Assembly (NCBI GenBank): GCA_963722255.1
Contig: CAVRJO010000001.1
Location: 608,001-672,000, forward strand
Length of the DNA: 64,000 bases
DNA from: Candidatus Babeliales bacterium
GTDB taxonomy: Bacteria > Babelota > Babeliae > Babelales > JANWKD01
Reading direction: 5' to 3'
Translations under genes and position numbers: made by a program
In this document: in pieces, positions 21,185 to 30,893 of the stretch
Position numbering within the stretch: position 1 is the first letter of the stretch
How the letters are laid out: the number at the start of each line of letters is the position of its first letter
Notes under the pieces: model-generated
What the model saw: the letters and a program-made list of their open reading frames with translations, nothing else
Databases searched by the model: none
Told to the model about the DNA's origin: nothing

Positions 21185-22015
21185 ATGCACGTTATGAAGT
21201 TTTTCAAAAGTTTTAGTTTTGTCATAATTCTTGCGGCTTATTGTTCTTTTCTTAAAGGACATTTTGATGACATCCTCTTAATTATAAACTACAATCATGC
21301 CCATTATGAATCAATTCCCTTATTAAAAAAAATATATGGTACCTATTTTAAAAATATAGTCTTTTATGGACCAACCAGACATGATGTAATTGAATTACCT
21401 CATTTTAAAGGCTTTTTCAGTTATCTTTGCATTTCAGATGCTATGAAAAGCCATCCAAATTTTAGTGGTTATTTATTTTTACATGATGATTGCATACTAA
21501 ATCCTACACTTATTAAAGATCTAGATCTGAAAAAAATTTGGTTTCCATCACTATTTTATTTTAAAAGTGACAAAGGAAATCCTATCAATATAACGCAGGG
21601 AATCTCAGCTACAACATGGTGGTATTGGAATTCCCAATGGGGATTTAACCCTACTGTCAAAGCATTTAATGAAATGTCAGAATATAATAAAAATATTTTG
21701 GAAACAAATTGGGAAAAATCTAATGTTGTAGTTGCATTTACTGATATTGCTTACATCCCTTCTGCATATCACGGTCAATTTATTGAACTTGCAGAAATAT
21801 TTGGAAAACATAAAGTATTTTTAGAAATTGCACTTCCAACCATATTATTTTCCTTGTCTTTAAAAAAAGATTGGGAATGGTTGCCAGGAAAAAGCAATTA
21901 TTTAAATCCCATAAAGCTTTTTGATAAAAATGCAATTTTTAATCATCCACTAAAACTTTCTATAAAAGAACATCAACAGTTCATTAATCAATTTTTTAAT
22001 AAACTATTAGATTAA
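21185..22015 (+). CDS. STELLO/DUF288 C-terminal-domain-like putative glycosyltransferase, paralog 1
   Basis: ILLIINYNH...IVFYGP...GFFSYLC...GYLFLHDD...FLEIALPT...HPLKLS. Confidence 0.65.
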   Translation: MHVMKFFKSFSFVIILAAYCSFLKGHFDDILLIINYNHAHYESIPLLKKIYGTYFKNIVFYGPTRHDVIELPHFKGFFSYLCISDAMKSHPNFSGYLFLHDDCILNPTLIKDLDLKKIWFPSLFYFKSDKGNPINITQGISATTWWYWNSQWGFNPTVKAFNEMSEYNKNILETNWEKSNVVVAFTDIAYIPSAYHGQFIELAEIFGKHKVFLEIALPTILFSLSLKKDWEWLPGKSNYLNPIKLFDKNAIFNHPLKLSIKEHQQFINQFFNKLLD

Positions 22016-22068
22016 AAATTATAATTTTTATTTTCTATAACATTTTTCATTGCGATAAAGGAATTACA

Positions 22069-23154
22069 ATGTTTTTTGTATGTCGTTTATTTACTATACT
22101 GAGCTTTACCTTTATCATAAATTTAGCTCAGTGTTCACAATTTCATGACAAATGGATTGTTGTAACCACCATTCAATATCCAACGTTAGCTCTAAAAAAA
22201 CTTGCATCATTATCAGATTGGAAACTGGTTGTCATAGGGGATAAAAAAACACCAAGAGATTGGTATTTAGACAACTGTATATTTTTAGATGTTGAAGCTC
22301 AGGAACATTTGCCTTATAAAATTATTTCGCTCTTACCTTGGAATCATTACTGTAGAAAAAATATCGGCTATCTTTATGCAATAGAACATGGTGCTTCAAT
22401 AATCTATGAAACAGATGATGATAATATATTGTTTAATGATATTGTATATCTTCCAGAGAAAACTGCTCTAGAACAACTTCTTACTCAACAAAGCACTACT
22501 AATGTTTATGCACTTTTTGGACAACCTACTGTTTGGCCGCGAGGATATCCATTAAGCAAAGTAACTACACCCAACAACTATCATCTTATAACACAAGAAG
22601 TTATGATACCAATTCAACAAGGGCTTGTTAACGGTGATCCAGATGTTGATGCACTATTTAGACTTACTCATGCACATGAAACCACCTTTGATAATCGAAA
22701 GCCAATTTGCTTACAATCGGGAACGATGTGTCCATTTAATACACAAAATACCCTTTTTTATCGTAGCGCATTTTGGGGTTTGCTCATACCAATTACCACA
22801 CCATTCCGTGTATGTGATATTTGGCGGGGCTATTGGGTTCAACGTTTACTTTGGGATATGAATGCAGCACTCTGTTTTATATCACCAACAGCGGTGCAAT
22901 ATCGCAACCAACATGACCTACTCCAAGACTTTGCTGGAGAACTTGATCTTTATTTAAAAACAGAAAAATTAATTGCATCACTTAATGAATGGCATTCTAA
23001 TGCCCAGTTTTTTGATCAACGCATGAAGGAACTTATGCATTTTCTGATTGAACGAGATTTCTTCAAAGCAGTCGAAATCGAGTTTGTTGAAGCCTGGATT
23101 GAAGACTTACAGCGACTTAATTATAGAATGCCGAATTTAGAAAATATCTTTTAA
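22069..23154 (+). CDS. STELLO/DUF288-family glycosyltransferase (N-terminal domain only)
   Basis: KWIVVTTI, VVIGDKKTP, RKNIGYLYAIEHGA, ETDDDN, DPDVDA, PFNTQNTLF, FRVCDIWRGYW. Confidence 0.85.
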   Translation: MFFVCRLFTILSFTFIINLAQCSQFHDKWIVVTTIQYPTLALKKLASLSDWKLVVIGDKKTPRDWYLDNCIFLDVEAQEHLPYKIISLLPWNHYCRKNIGYLYAIEHGASIIYETDDDNILFNDIVYLPEKTALEQLLTQQSTTNVYALFGQPTVWPRGYPLSKVTTPNNYHLITQEVMIPIQQGLVNGDPDVDALFRLTHAHETTFDNRKPICLQSGTMCPFNTQNTLFYRSAFWGLLIPITTPFRVCDIWRGYWVQRLLWDMNAALCFISPTAVQYRNQHDLLQDFAGELDLYLKTEKLIASLNEWHSNAQFFDQRMKELMHFLIERDFFKAVEIEFVEAWIEDLQRLNYRMPNLENIF

Positions 23155-23182
23155 TCTGTCATTTAACAAAGGATATAAAAAA

Positions 23183-24016
23183 ATGCTATTTGTTAGATAT
23201 TTTAGTTTAACCGTAATTTTAGTTAGTAACTTTTATGCTCTCAAGGCAAATCTTGATAACGTTCTTCTTATCATTAACTATAATCATGCACATTATGAAT
23301 CAATTCCTTTATTAAAAAAAATATATACACCTTATCTTAAAAATATTGTTTTTTATGGACCTACGGCAAATCCAGAAGTAGTTGAATTACCTCACCACAG
23401 AGGATTCTTTAGCTATCTTTGCATTGCAGATGCTATGGAGAAAAATCCTCATTATGCTGGATACCTTTTTTTAATGGATGACTGCATTCTTCATCCTTGG
23501 CATATTAAAGAATTAGATGTAACAAAAATTTGGTATCCTTCAATGATGTTTCATCTCAAAGAAAAGGGAAATCCAATAAATATCATGCTAGGAAACTCGG
23601 CAACATCATGGTATTGGTGGTCAACTCAATGGGGATTAAAGCCTACAATTAAAGCCTTTAGCGAAATTCCTCAATTTTATAAAAACATTCTAAAAGAAAA
23701 TTGGGGGAATTCTACTGTCGTTGCAGCATTTTCAGATATAGTGTACATACCCTTAGAATATAAAAACAATTTTATTGAACTTGCCAAAATTTTTGGAAGA
23801 AATCAGGTCTTTTTGGAAATTGCTCTACCAACAATTATGAATTGTATATCTTTAAAAAGTGAATGGATTTGGTTACCAGGACAAGGTACTTATGGACGAC
23901 CATTAATCGATTATAATAAAGATGCAATTTTTAACCATCCCATAAAGCTCTCATTCAATGCGCATAGGATCTTTATCGATCAATTTTTTACTCAAAAAAT
24001 GAATGAGCTTAAATGA
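23183..24016 (+). CDS. STELLO/DUF288 C-terminal-domain-like protein, paralog 2
   Basis: Same motifs as 21185..22015. Confidence 0.65.
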   Translation: MLFVRYFSLTVILVSNFYALKANLDNVLLIINYNHAHYESIPLLKKIYTPYLKNIVFYGPTANPEVVELPHHRGFFSYLCIADAMEKNPHYAGYLFLMDDCILHPWHIKELDVTKIWYPSMMFHLKEKGNPINIMLGNSATSWYWWSTQWGLKPTIKAFSEIPQFYKNILKENWGNSTVVAAFSDIVYIPLEYKNNFIELAKIFGRNQVFLEIALPTIMNCISLKSEWIWLPGQGTYGRPLIDYNKDAIFNHPIKLSFNAHRIFIDQFFTQKMNELK

Positions 24017-24063
24017 TATAAGAATTTCAATATCAACTTTCAGCAAAGATGCAATGGTTATTA

Positions 24064-24919
24064 GGTTCTGTGAACCAAATTTTACCTAAGCCAAATTAAG
24101 GTCCCTACAAAATATAAAAAAGATAAATAAGATTGAGAAGATTTATCGAATCGCGAAAAAATCCTACGAAAATGTTTAATTTTTCCGAAAAAACATTCGA
24201 TGGAATGTCGCTCTTTGTAAAGATGAACATCATAGTCACGAGGCTGCTTACGATTTCTACGAGGAGGAATTTCTGGCTTACATCGTTGATCTTTTATGCT
24301 TTCAATGAAATGATCAGCATCATAAGCAGTATCTCCAATGATAGAAGCATCTACAATACCAGTGCTCAGATTTTTTGCTTGAGTAATATCATGTCGTTGA
24401 CCGGGTGTTAAAACAAATTTTAGTGGATTTCCCAATGCATCAACCAAAGCGTGTATTTTTGTTGAGAAGCCGCCCTTGCTACGTCCTAACGCCTCTTGTT
24501 CTTGAGTATCTTTACCATATCCAGCTGCACATGCATGTGCTCTAATAACTGTAGAGTCTATCATTGCCCATTCCATATCAGGATCTTCTTGAAAACTTTC
24601 AAATAGTTTTTTCCAAATATTACGTTTATTCCACTGCTTAAATCGCTTGTGAACAGCTCGCCAACTACCATAATAAATTGGCAATAATCTCCATTGGCAA
24701 CCGCTTCTGCATATGTAATATATTGCCTCTATAAATTTACGTAATTTTTCAATAGACTTCTTGTGAATCCCTTTGATGCTCATTAAAACATTCAATATTT
24801 TTTCAAAATCTGTATCATTAATTAGGTAATGCATTACAAGCTTCCTTTTGTTTTTTTAGTTGATTAACAAAGGAAGCTTATCTTTTTTTAAGCATTTTTT
24901 AAATTTGGTTCACAGAACC
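24064..24919 (-). mobile_element. IS5-family element, second type, intergenic
   Basis: Perfect 19-bp IR GGTTCTGTGAACCAAATTT; TA duplication. Confidence 0.93.
24082..24834 (-). CDS. IS5-family DDE transposase
   Basis: SGCQWRLLP, IDST, GRSKGGFSTKIH, DTAYD, ERHSIECFFGKIKHFRR. Confidence 0.93.
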   Translation of the reverse strand: MHYLINDTDFEKILNVLMSIKGIHKKSIEKLRKFIEAIYYICRSGCQWRLLPIYYGSWRAVHKRFKQWNKRNIWKKLFESFQEDPDMEWAMIDSTVIRAHACAAGYGKDTQEQEALGRSKGGFSTKIHALVDALGNPLKFVLTPGQRHDITQAKNLSTGIVDASIIGDTAYDADHFIESIKDQRCKPEIPPRRNRKQPRDYDVHLYKERHSIECFFGKIKHFRRIFSRFDKSSQSYLSFLYFVGTLIWLR

Positions 24920-24961
24920 TAAGAACAACCGCAGGTTTTTATTGAATTAAAAAGAGATATT

Positions 24962-26707
24962 ATGAAAAGAAAAAATATACTACATGCATCGTTTTTTTTA
25001 ATGAGTTTTGGGATCTTTAACTTTATTCAAACCAATCAATTTGCTTTAATTTCTATTCCAAAATGCGGAACTTATCTTTTATTAAAAACCTTGAGATCAA
25101 TAACCGGAAATACCAAACCTCAAATTGAACCTAAGGGATGGACTTTAATTACTGATGCTGTCATGAATACCTTCTTTAAAAATCAACTATTTTTAGTAGC
25201 TCATGCATTTTATGTTGATGAAAATATTAAAAAACTTAATAATAAAAATATTAAAACTTTTTTTATATATCGAGACCCTCGTGATCAAATTGTATCAACT
25301 GCTTTTTTTATAAAAAAACCAAAGACTTCTTGGAAGTTACATTCTAAATGGGATTTAGATCAACTTATAGATGAACTCATAACTAAGAGCCTGTCTGAAA
25401 ACTAAATTTTTCTGAAAACGATGACTAGACAAGCAAATTGAACTAGCCCAAGAAAGTTTTTAGATAGCTTGTCATAACGAATGAAAACGCGTCTGAATCG
25501 ATTCATCCAAGAAAATGTTCTTTCAACAACCCACCGTATTGGATCTTTATTTGTTGTAACTCGAGGTTTATTTTTGGGTTTTTTTAATGGCATTACCGGC
25601 GTAAAGTTTCGTTTAATAGCTTCTTCCTTATTTTTTTTAGATACGAAGCCCTTGTCAGTGCGAAGATAATGATTTCTTGATTGTGGGATTTGATACTGTA
25701 AATTATCAATAAGAGGAACAAATAATTGCGTGTCATGTCGATTTCCACCCGCAACGGTAGCGCTAAGAGGAAGTCCCAATTCTTCAACAACAAGATTTAA
25801 TTTGGAGCCCAATTTTCTTCTATCAACAGGGCTAATTCCCGTTTTGTCTCCTCCAAGAGGCGCTTTTTTATGGCATGAATCTATAGATTGATTTTCAAGA
25901 CGAAGTCCTTTTGTTCGATCATAGTGCATTAAAATTGATTTCCAAATTTTTTGAAAAGCATTTGCTTTAACTAGTTCTCTAAATCTGTGATAAACGGTTT
26001 TTGCTGGACCAAAGCATTTGGGCAGCGCATCCCACTGACATCCTGTCTTGAGTAAATAATATATTCCTGCTATTAATGGATCATTATCTGAACGTGGTCG
26101 ACCTATTTTACTTGGTGGCATATAGACTGCAATAAAATTATGAAATTCTTGTAAAAGTTCTTTAGATATGACATATTTTGATGGTATAATTTCTTCGTAA
26201 TTTAAATGCTTCATATGAAAAAATCCTTCTTTGTTTGTGTAGTAACAACAAGAGGGATTTTATTTTTTTTTATTTATTTTTTCAACTGCCTTGAGTTTTC
26301 AGACAGGCTCTAATTGTGGATCAATTTGGAGTGCAGTATATAACGGTAAAGAAATATGGGAAAAAACACCTGATATTTCATCATTTTATAATCTTTTTTT
26401 ACCATGGCAATTGGTACCGAATATTTATACAACTACCTTTGAAAAATTAGTTGGCCCTCAAGGTGGAGGAACATTAGAAGAACAACTAAATGAAATTATT
26501 GCAATAGCTAATCATATGGGCACAAAAATGGACCAAACGCAAGCTTTAGAAATAAGTAATAACTTATTTGGAGAAAGTATAACATTTCGTGAAGGTAAAA
26601 TAGGTTCATGGAAAAAATATTTCTTAGAACGTCATAAAGATGCTTTCAAAAAAGTTGCCGGGCAGCTTCTTATTGATTTAGGCTACGAAAAAAATTTGAA
26701 TTGGTAA
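24962..26707 (+). pseudogene. PAPS-dependent sulfotransferase split by IS5 copy 2
   Basis: SIPKCGT (5'-PSB), YRDPRDQIVS (3'-PB), FREGKIGSWK; removing the IS and one TAA restores ...ELIT-NCGSIW in frame. Confidence 0.88.
25387..26310 (-). mobile_element. IS5-family element, copy 2, near-identical to 12223..13145
   Basis: Same IRs, TAA duplication, identical 270-aa transposase at 25402..26214. Confidence 0.93.
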
Positions 26708-26833
26708 TTTCTGAAAACTCAATTCTGATTTTTTTTAGAATTATCGCTCAATATTTTATAAAAATATTTCTAGCCTTTTTATAACAGTCATGTTAAAAAT
26801 TCACAGTGAGATATAAAAAATAAAAAGGATATC

Positions 26834-27640
26834 ATGAAATTTTTTAAATATTTAAGTGGACTTATAGTAATTATTGTTAGTATTTGCAATGCACATTATG
26901 ATGATATTTTGCTTATTATTAACTATAATCATGCCCATTATGAGTCAATTCCCTTATTAAAAAAAATATACAAACCATATTTTAAGAATATTGTATTTTA
27001 TGGACCTACCGCAAATCCAGAAATAATTGAATTGCCTCATTATAAAGGCTATTTTAGTTATCTATGCATTTCAGATGCTATGGAAAAATATCCAAATTAT
27101 TCTGGATATCTTTTTTTAATGGATGATTGCATTCTCAATCCTCGTCTGATTGAAGAATTTGATGCTACAAAAATTTATTATGCATATTGCGTTGAACATC
27201 AAAAAACATTTCCAATAGATTTAAAAACTGGCCCTTCTTTCTATTGGAGCTGGTGGACAACCCAATGGGGCTCAACAGCATTGAAAGCCGCTCTTAATGA
27301 ATTGCCAATGCATTATAAAAATATACTCGAAGAAAATTGTGGTAAAAATGCCATTGTTGGAGCTTTTTCAGATTGTGCATATATTCCTTCATCTTATAAA
27401 AATCAATTTGTAGAACTTGCTAAAATTTTTGGTAAACATCAAGTTTTTCTAGAAATTGCATTGCCAACCATTCTTTGTTCATTGTCATTAAAAAATGAAT
27501 GGATGTGGTTACCTGGAAGAAGTATCTACACAGATCCGTTAAAACTTTTTGATAGAAATGCAATCTTTAATCATCCAATAAAACTTTCTATTAAACAAAA
27601 CCGAGATTTTATTGAAAAATTTTTTAGTCAAAATTTTTAA
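26834..27640 (+). CDS. STELLO/DUF288 C-terminal-domain-like protein, paralog 3
   Basis: Same motifs as 21185 and 23183. Confidence 0.65.
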   Translation: MKFFKYLSGLIVIIVSICNAHYDDILLIINYNHAHYESIPLLKKIYKPYFKNIVFYGPTANPEIIELPHYKGYFSYLCISDAMEKYPNYSGYLFLMDDCILNPRLIEEFDATKIYYAYCVEHQKTFPIDLKTGPSFYWSWWTTQWGSTALKAALNELPMHYKNILEENCGKNAIVGAFSDCAYIPSSYKNQFVELAKIFGKHQVFLEIALPTILCSLSLKNEWMWLPGRSIYTDPLKLFDRNAIFNHPIKLSIKQNRDFIEKFFSQNF

Positions 27641-30400
27641 TCAAAATTTCCATCGCATTTCGACTTCACCGCCAAAATCAGCTCGTTCATCACGGATGCC
27701 ACGAAAGGTAATATCATCTGAGAAAAAATATTCCACTTCAAACTTGATATCTTCAGATAAACTAAAGTTTTTTTGAATCATAGCGCGCAATTGATCATTA
27801 ACATCAATTTCAATCGAGCCTCTGAAACCCCCTCTACCGGATTGATCTGAAAATCCCGGTATAAATCTAATATGCTTTAATGGTTCCAAAAGACTTTTAA
27901 AATACCCTTCCAATTTTAAGGCAGATTGCTCCGGTCCAAAAATAACATTTTGCAGCTTTTGCATAATTAACGCCGGCATCGCTAAACTCAATGAACCCTC
28001 TTCGGTACCGGCTAAAAGCAATGTTATTATCTGCTCTTCTGAAAGAGGCGGCGTCGACTCAAAACTAATATTGGGATGCTGCAAAGAACCATTACATCGC
28101 AAGAGCACATGATATTTTCTAATTTTACCTTTTGCAATAAGTTCAACAGTAGGATCATACAGTTGATGGGGTAAAAAATAGAGCATTCCATGGGTAATGC
28201 TTAATGGACGATAGGGAAAAGCTAATGTACCATTGACCAGATTAAGCGATCCTGAAAGTTCAGGATTTTGCAATGAGCCATGGAGTGCAGCATCAATTTG
28301 AACCTGCATCTCTAAAAATGATGTTTTAACTTCAACAGGTTTTTTTGTTTCAACAGTGAGGTCAATAAGCAAATCTTTATTTTCAGAAGAAAAAATTCCA
28401 TTAAAAAATGGTAATCCCACGCTTTGGCTTCCCCCAAATTGAGAAAATATATTTTTTTTACAATAACTGCGATCAATAATAAGATTCCCCTGCAATTCCA
28501 ATTCCTGATCACGCAATGATCTAAAAAGGAGAAAACCTGAAACGACAGCAAAGACATCCTTCTGCACCGTTAAAAAAGCCTTTTTTAACAAAATAGGCAG
28601 ATAGGCAGATTGTAGCACTCCTCGTTCATCAAAACGCATCACTGCACGCTTACACTCTAAATTTCCCTTATCAAGTTCAATGACGCCTTCGGTTATGGTT
28701 GCGGTTCTGGTGACATAATCAAAAGCAACTGCAGCACGAATATCACGAACAATAGTATAGGTACAAGGTACTCGTATATTACCTTCTTTTAAAATCAAGT
28801 TTGTTTTAATCGTTGTACCATCTCGCTCTGCAGTTATTTCAAAAACACCTTGCCCGGGAAGTTTATAATGAAAAAGAGTGGCCCCTAAATCTTTTAACAA
28901 CGCTACATCCACTATACCTTGCATAGCTTCATTGTTATAGGTAATATCTAATAATGGTTTTTCTTTATTTTCATAAATAGAACAATGCGATAAAGCAAGA
29001 GAAGGTTTCAACAAAAGATCTATATCAAATTTTTTTGTTGCGCAATTTCCACGTAAGGCCATAGAAGAATCAGTACAGTTTAGTTCTCCTTCTAATAACC
29101 AGGGATCATGCACATGTGCATGAGTGCAATTACAATGATATGAACCAGTAACTAATGAGTCTTTGAGTGCTACATGCAATGAACCATTATGCAAAATTAA
29201 ACCAAATGGAGACCACAGCGGCATTATGGTATTTGTTTCTATGGTAGCAGTTCCTTGACCCAACATTTCATCATAATAAAGATCGGCATGCAAATCTTCC
29301 TGCAAACTATGAGCATTACAATGCTGAGCCCTACAGCGCAATACCTTATCAACATACGTTGCAAAGAGCTGCACATCTCCAAAACTTTTTTCACCGCATC
29401 GTATATCTTTGCAGAAAATCTCTCCTTCTAAATCAACCGTTTTAGCTATATCTATATGCATTTGGCAATGTCCATTTCCTTCCAATTCAACATTGTGCAA
29501 CAAAGGGACTAGTTGGCTAAAATAGTTCAAGGGAATCGTACAACTTAGATCACCGGAAATGCCTTCTGCTTTTTTAACCCAATTATATAATGAAAATGCA
29601 TAGGTAGCATCTGAGGTATGCAAAAAAAATTGTCCATGCTCTTTGTGCCATTGTCCATCAATATGACACATGTTTTTTCCACCCGGTAAATGAGATAAGT
29701 GTAATGTTCCTTCCATTACGGCATCTAGTATCGGCTGCTTAGAATTAACAAGCGAAATATGCATCGATCCATTAAAAGCATCAAACATCTTATGTTGATT
29801 CAAAAACAAAGTGCCCTTCTCAACTGCTAAATGAACATAGAGAGTATTTTGGATATTACCATAACTTCCATTAAAATTTGTTGAATATTCCAGTTTTCTT
29901 TCAGCATCAATAAGGCGAAAAAAACCTTTAGTAATGGTTAACGCCTTCAGTGTCGCCGGAAATCCTTCTGCTCCGGCAATAAAACTTTGTAAGTGGTCAA
30001 TTATGAGGATATGAGAATCTACAAGATGAGAATGCGATGATAATCTATTCAAACTTACCGATACATCAAATTTGCCGCGCAAAATATATGATAACCATGA
30101 AAATTGAATGCTAAATTGCTCTGACTTCCAGGACCATGCATTATCATTCTCTAAAGAAGTTACCGTAACGTTTTCCAGATCAATTTCACCGGTTACAATA
30201 TTTACGTGTTTTACAGAACCATTTAAACGACTTTTAAAAGCATGCAAAAATATCTGTTTTACCTGTGTTTCAACAACTTTTTTAAATGAAGAATCATAGG
30301 GTAACAAAAAAAGGATCGTAAGAACTCCAATTACGAATGCTACACTAACTGCAGCAAGAAACCTAATGCATACCCCAAATTTCATGATACCAAAGTCCAA
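27641..30400 (-). CDS. tamB: TamB-like translocation/assembly module protein (DUF490)
   Basis: N-terminal anchor, beta-rich body, GSLQNPELSG and FESTPPLSEEQIITLLL, C-terminal EMRWKF. Confidence 0.75.
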   Translation of the reverse strand: MDFGIMKFGVCIRFLAAVSVAFVIGVLTILFLLPYDSSFKKVVETQVKQIFLHAFKSRLNGSVKHVNIVTGEIDLENVTVTSLENDNAWSWKSEQFSIQFSWLSYILRGKFDVSVSLNRLSSHSHLVDSHILIIDHLQSFIAGAEGFPATLKALTITKGFFRLIDAERKLEYSTNFNGSYGNIQNTLYVHLAVEKGTLFLNQHKMFDAFNGSMHISLVNSKQPILDAVMEGTLHLSHLPGGKNMCHIDGQWHKEHGQFFLHTSDATYAFSLYNWVKKAEGISGDLSCTIPLNYFSQLVPLLHNVELEGNGHCQMHIDIAKTVDLEGEIFCKDIRCGEKSFGDVQLFATYVDKVLRCRAQHCNAHSLQEDLHADLYYDEMLGQGTATIETNTIMPLWSPFGLILHNGSLHVALKDSLVTGSYHCNCTHAHVHDPWLLEGELNCTDSSMALRGNCATKKFDIDLLLKPSLALSHCSIYENKEKPLLDITYNNEAMQGIVDVALLKDLGATLFHYKLPGQGVFEITAERDGTTIKTNLILKEGNIRVPCTYTIVRDIRAAVAFDYVTRTATITEGVIELDKGNLECKRAVMRFDERGVLQSAYLPILLKKAFLTVQKDVFAVVSGFLLFRSLRDQELELQGNLIIDRSYCKKNIFSQFGGSQSVGLPFFNGIFSSENKDLLIDLTVETKKPVEVKTSFLEMQVQIDAALHGSLQNPELSGSLNLVNGTLAFPYRPLSITHGMLYFLPHQLYDPTVELIAKGKIRKYHVLLRCNGSLQHPNISFESTPPLSEEQIITLLLAGTEEGSLSLAMPALIMQKLQNVIFGPEQSALKLEGYFKSLLEPLKHIRFIPGFSDQSGRGGFRGSIEIDVNDQLRAMIQKNFSLSEDIKFEVEYFFSDDITFRGIRDERADFGGEVEMRWKF

Positions 30401-30879
30401 CGATCTTGGTATTCATAATGTCGTATAAAGGGCACTTGTCCTGATGGTATTGTCAATGCGCTACAGCGACTATTTTCTGCATCAAGAAAATAGATAGTTC
30501 CTGAACTTATCGTTCCATCAGCATAGAAGGTTATTGTGTTATTCACAAAGGTAATTGCCTTTTCAATTAAACGCGTCGGATTCGAAGGGGGTCCATGGAG
30601 CGTGGGCAGAAAACCAAAATGAAGACCCTGCGTAAGCTTTTGATTTTTATACTTTGTTGCATAACAGCCCTGCGCACAATCAAAGGTTAAGGTAAGATCC
30701 TGATGTGTTGCCATTGCGCAATTGCGAAGATAAAAACATTCAGCTATCAACTTTTGAACTTCAGTTCGTGCTATCTGCCTTTTTAAAAAAATAAACTGAG
30801 GTGTTGCAAGCGTTACAACTATAAGAATAAGCGCAAGCACAAGCGCAACTTCTAATAATAAAAATCCCGCACACTTCAT
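30382..30879 (-). CDS. Prepilin/pseudopilin (GspH/FimT-like)
   Basis: Class III signal G|FLLLE plus hydrophobic helix; ITFYADG. Confidence 0.8.
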   Translation of the reverse strand: MKCAGFLLLEVALVLALILIVVTLATPQFIFLKRQIARTEVQKLIAECFYLRNCAMATHQDLTLTFDCAQGCYATKYKNQKLTQGLHFGFLPTLHGPPSNPTRLIEKAITFVNNTITFYADGTISSGTIYFLDAENSRCSALTIPSGQVPFIRHYEYQDRWTLVS

Positions 30880-30893
30880 AAAAAGTCCATTTT

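Noticed and set aside
12223..26310. Composite transposon bounded by two identical IS5 copies
   Set aside because: Each copy has its own TAA duplication, and removing copy 2 restores a continuous sulfotransferase, so these are independent insertions
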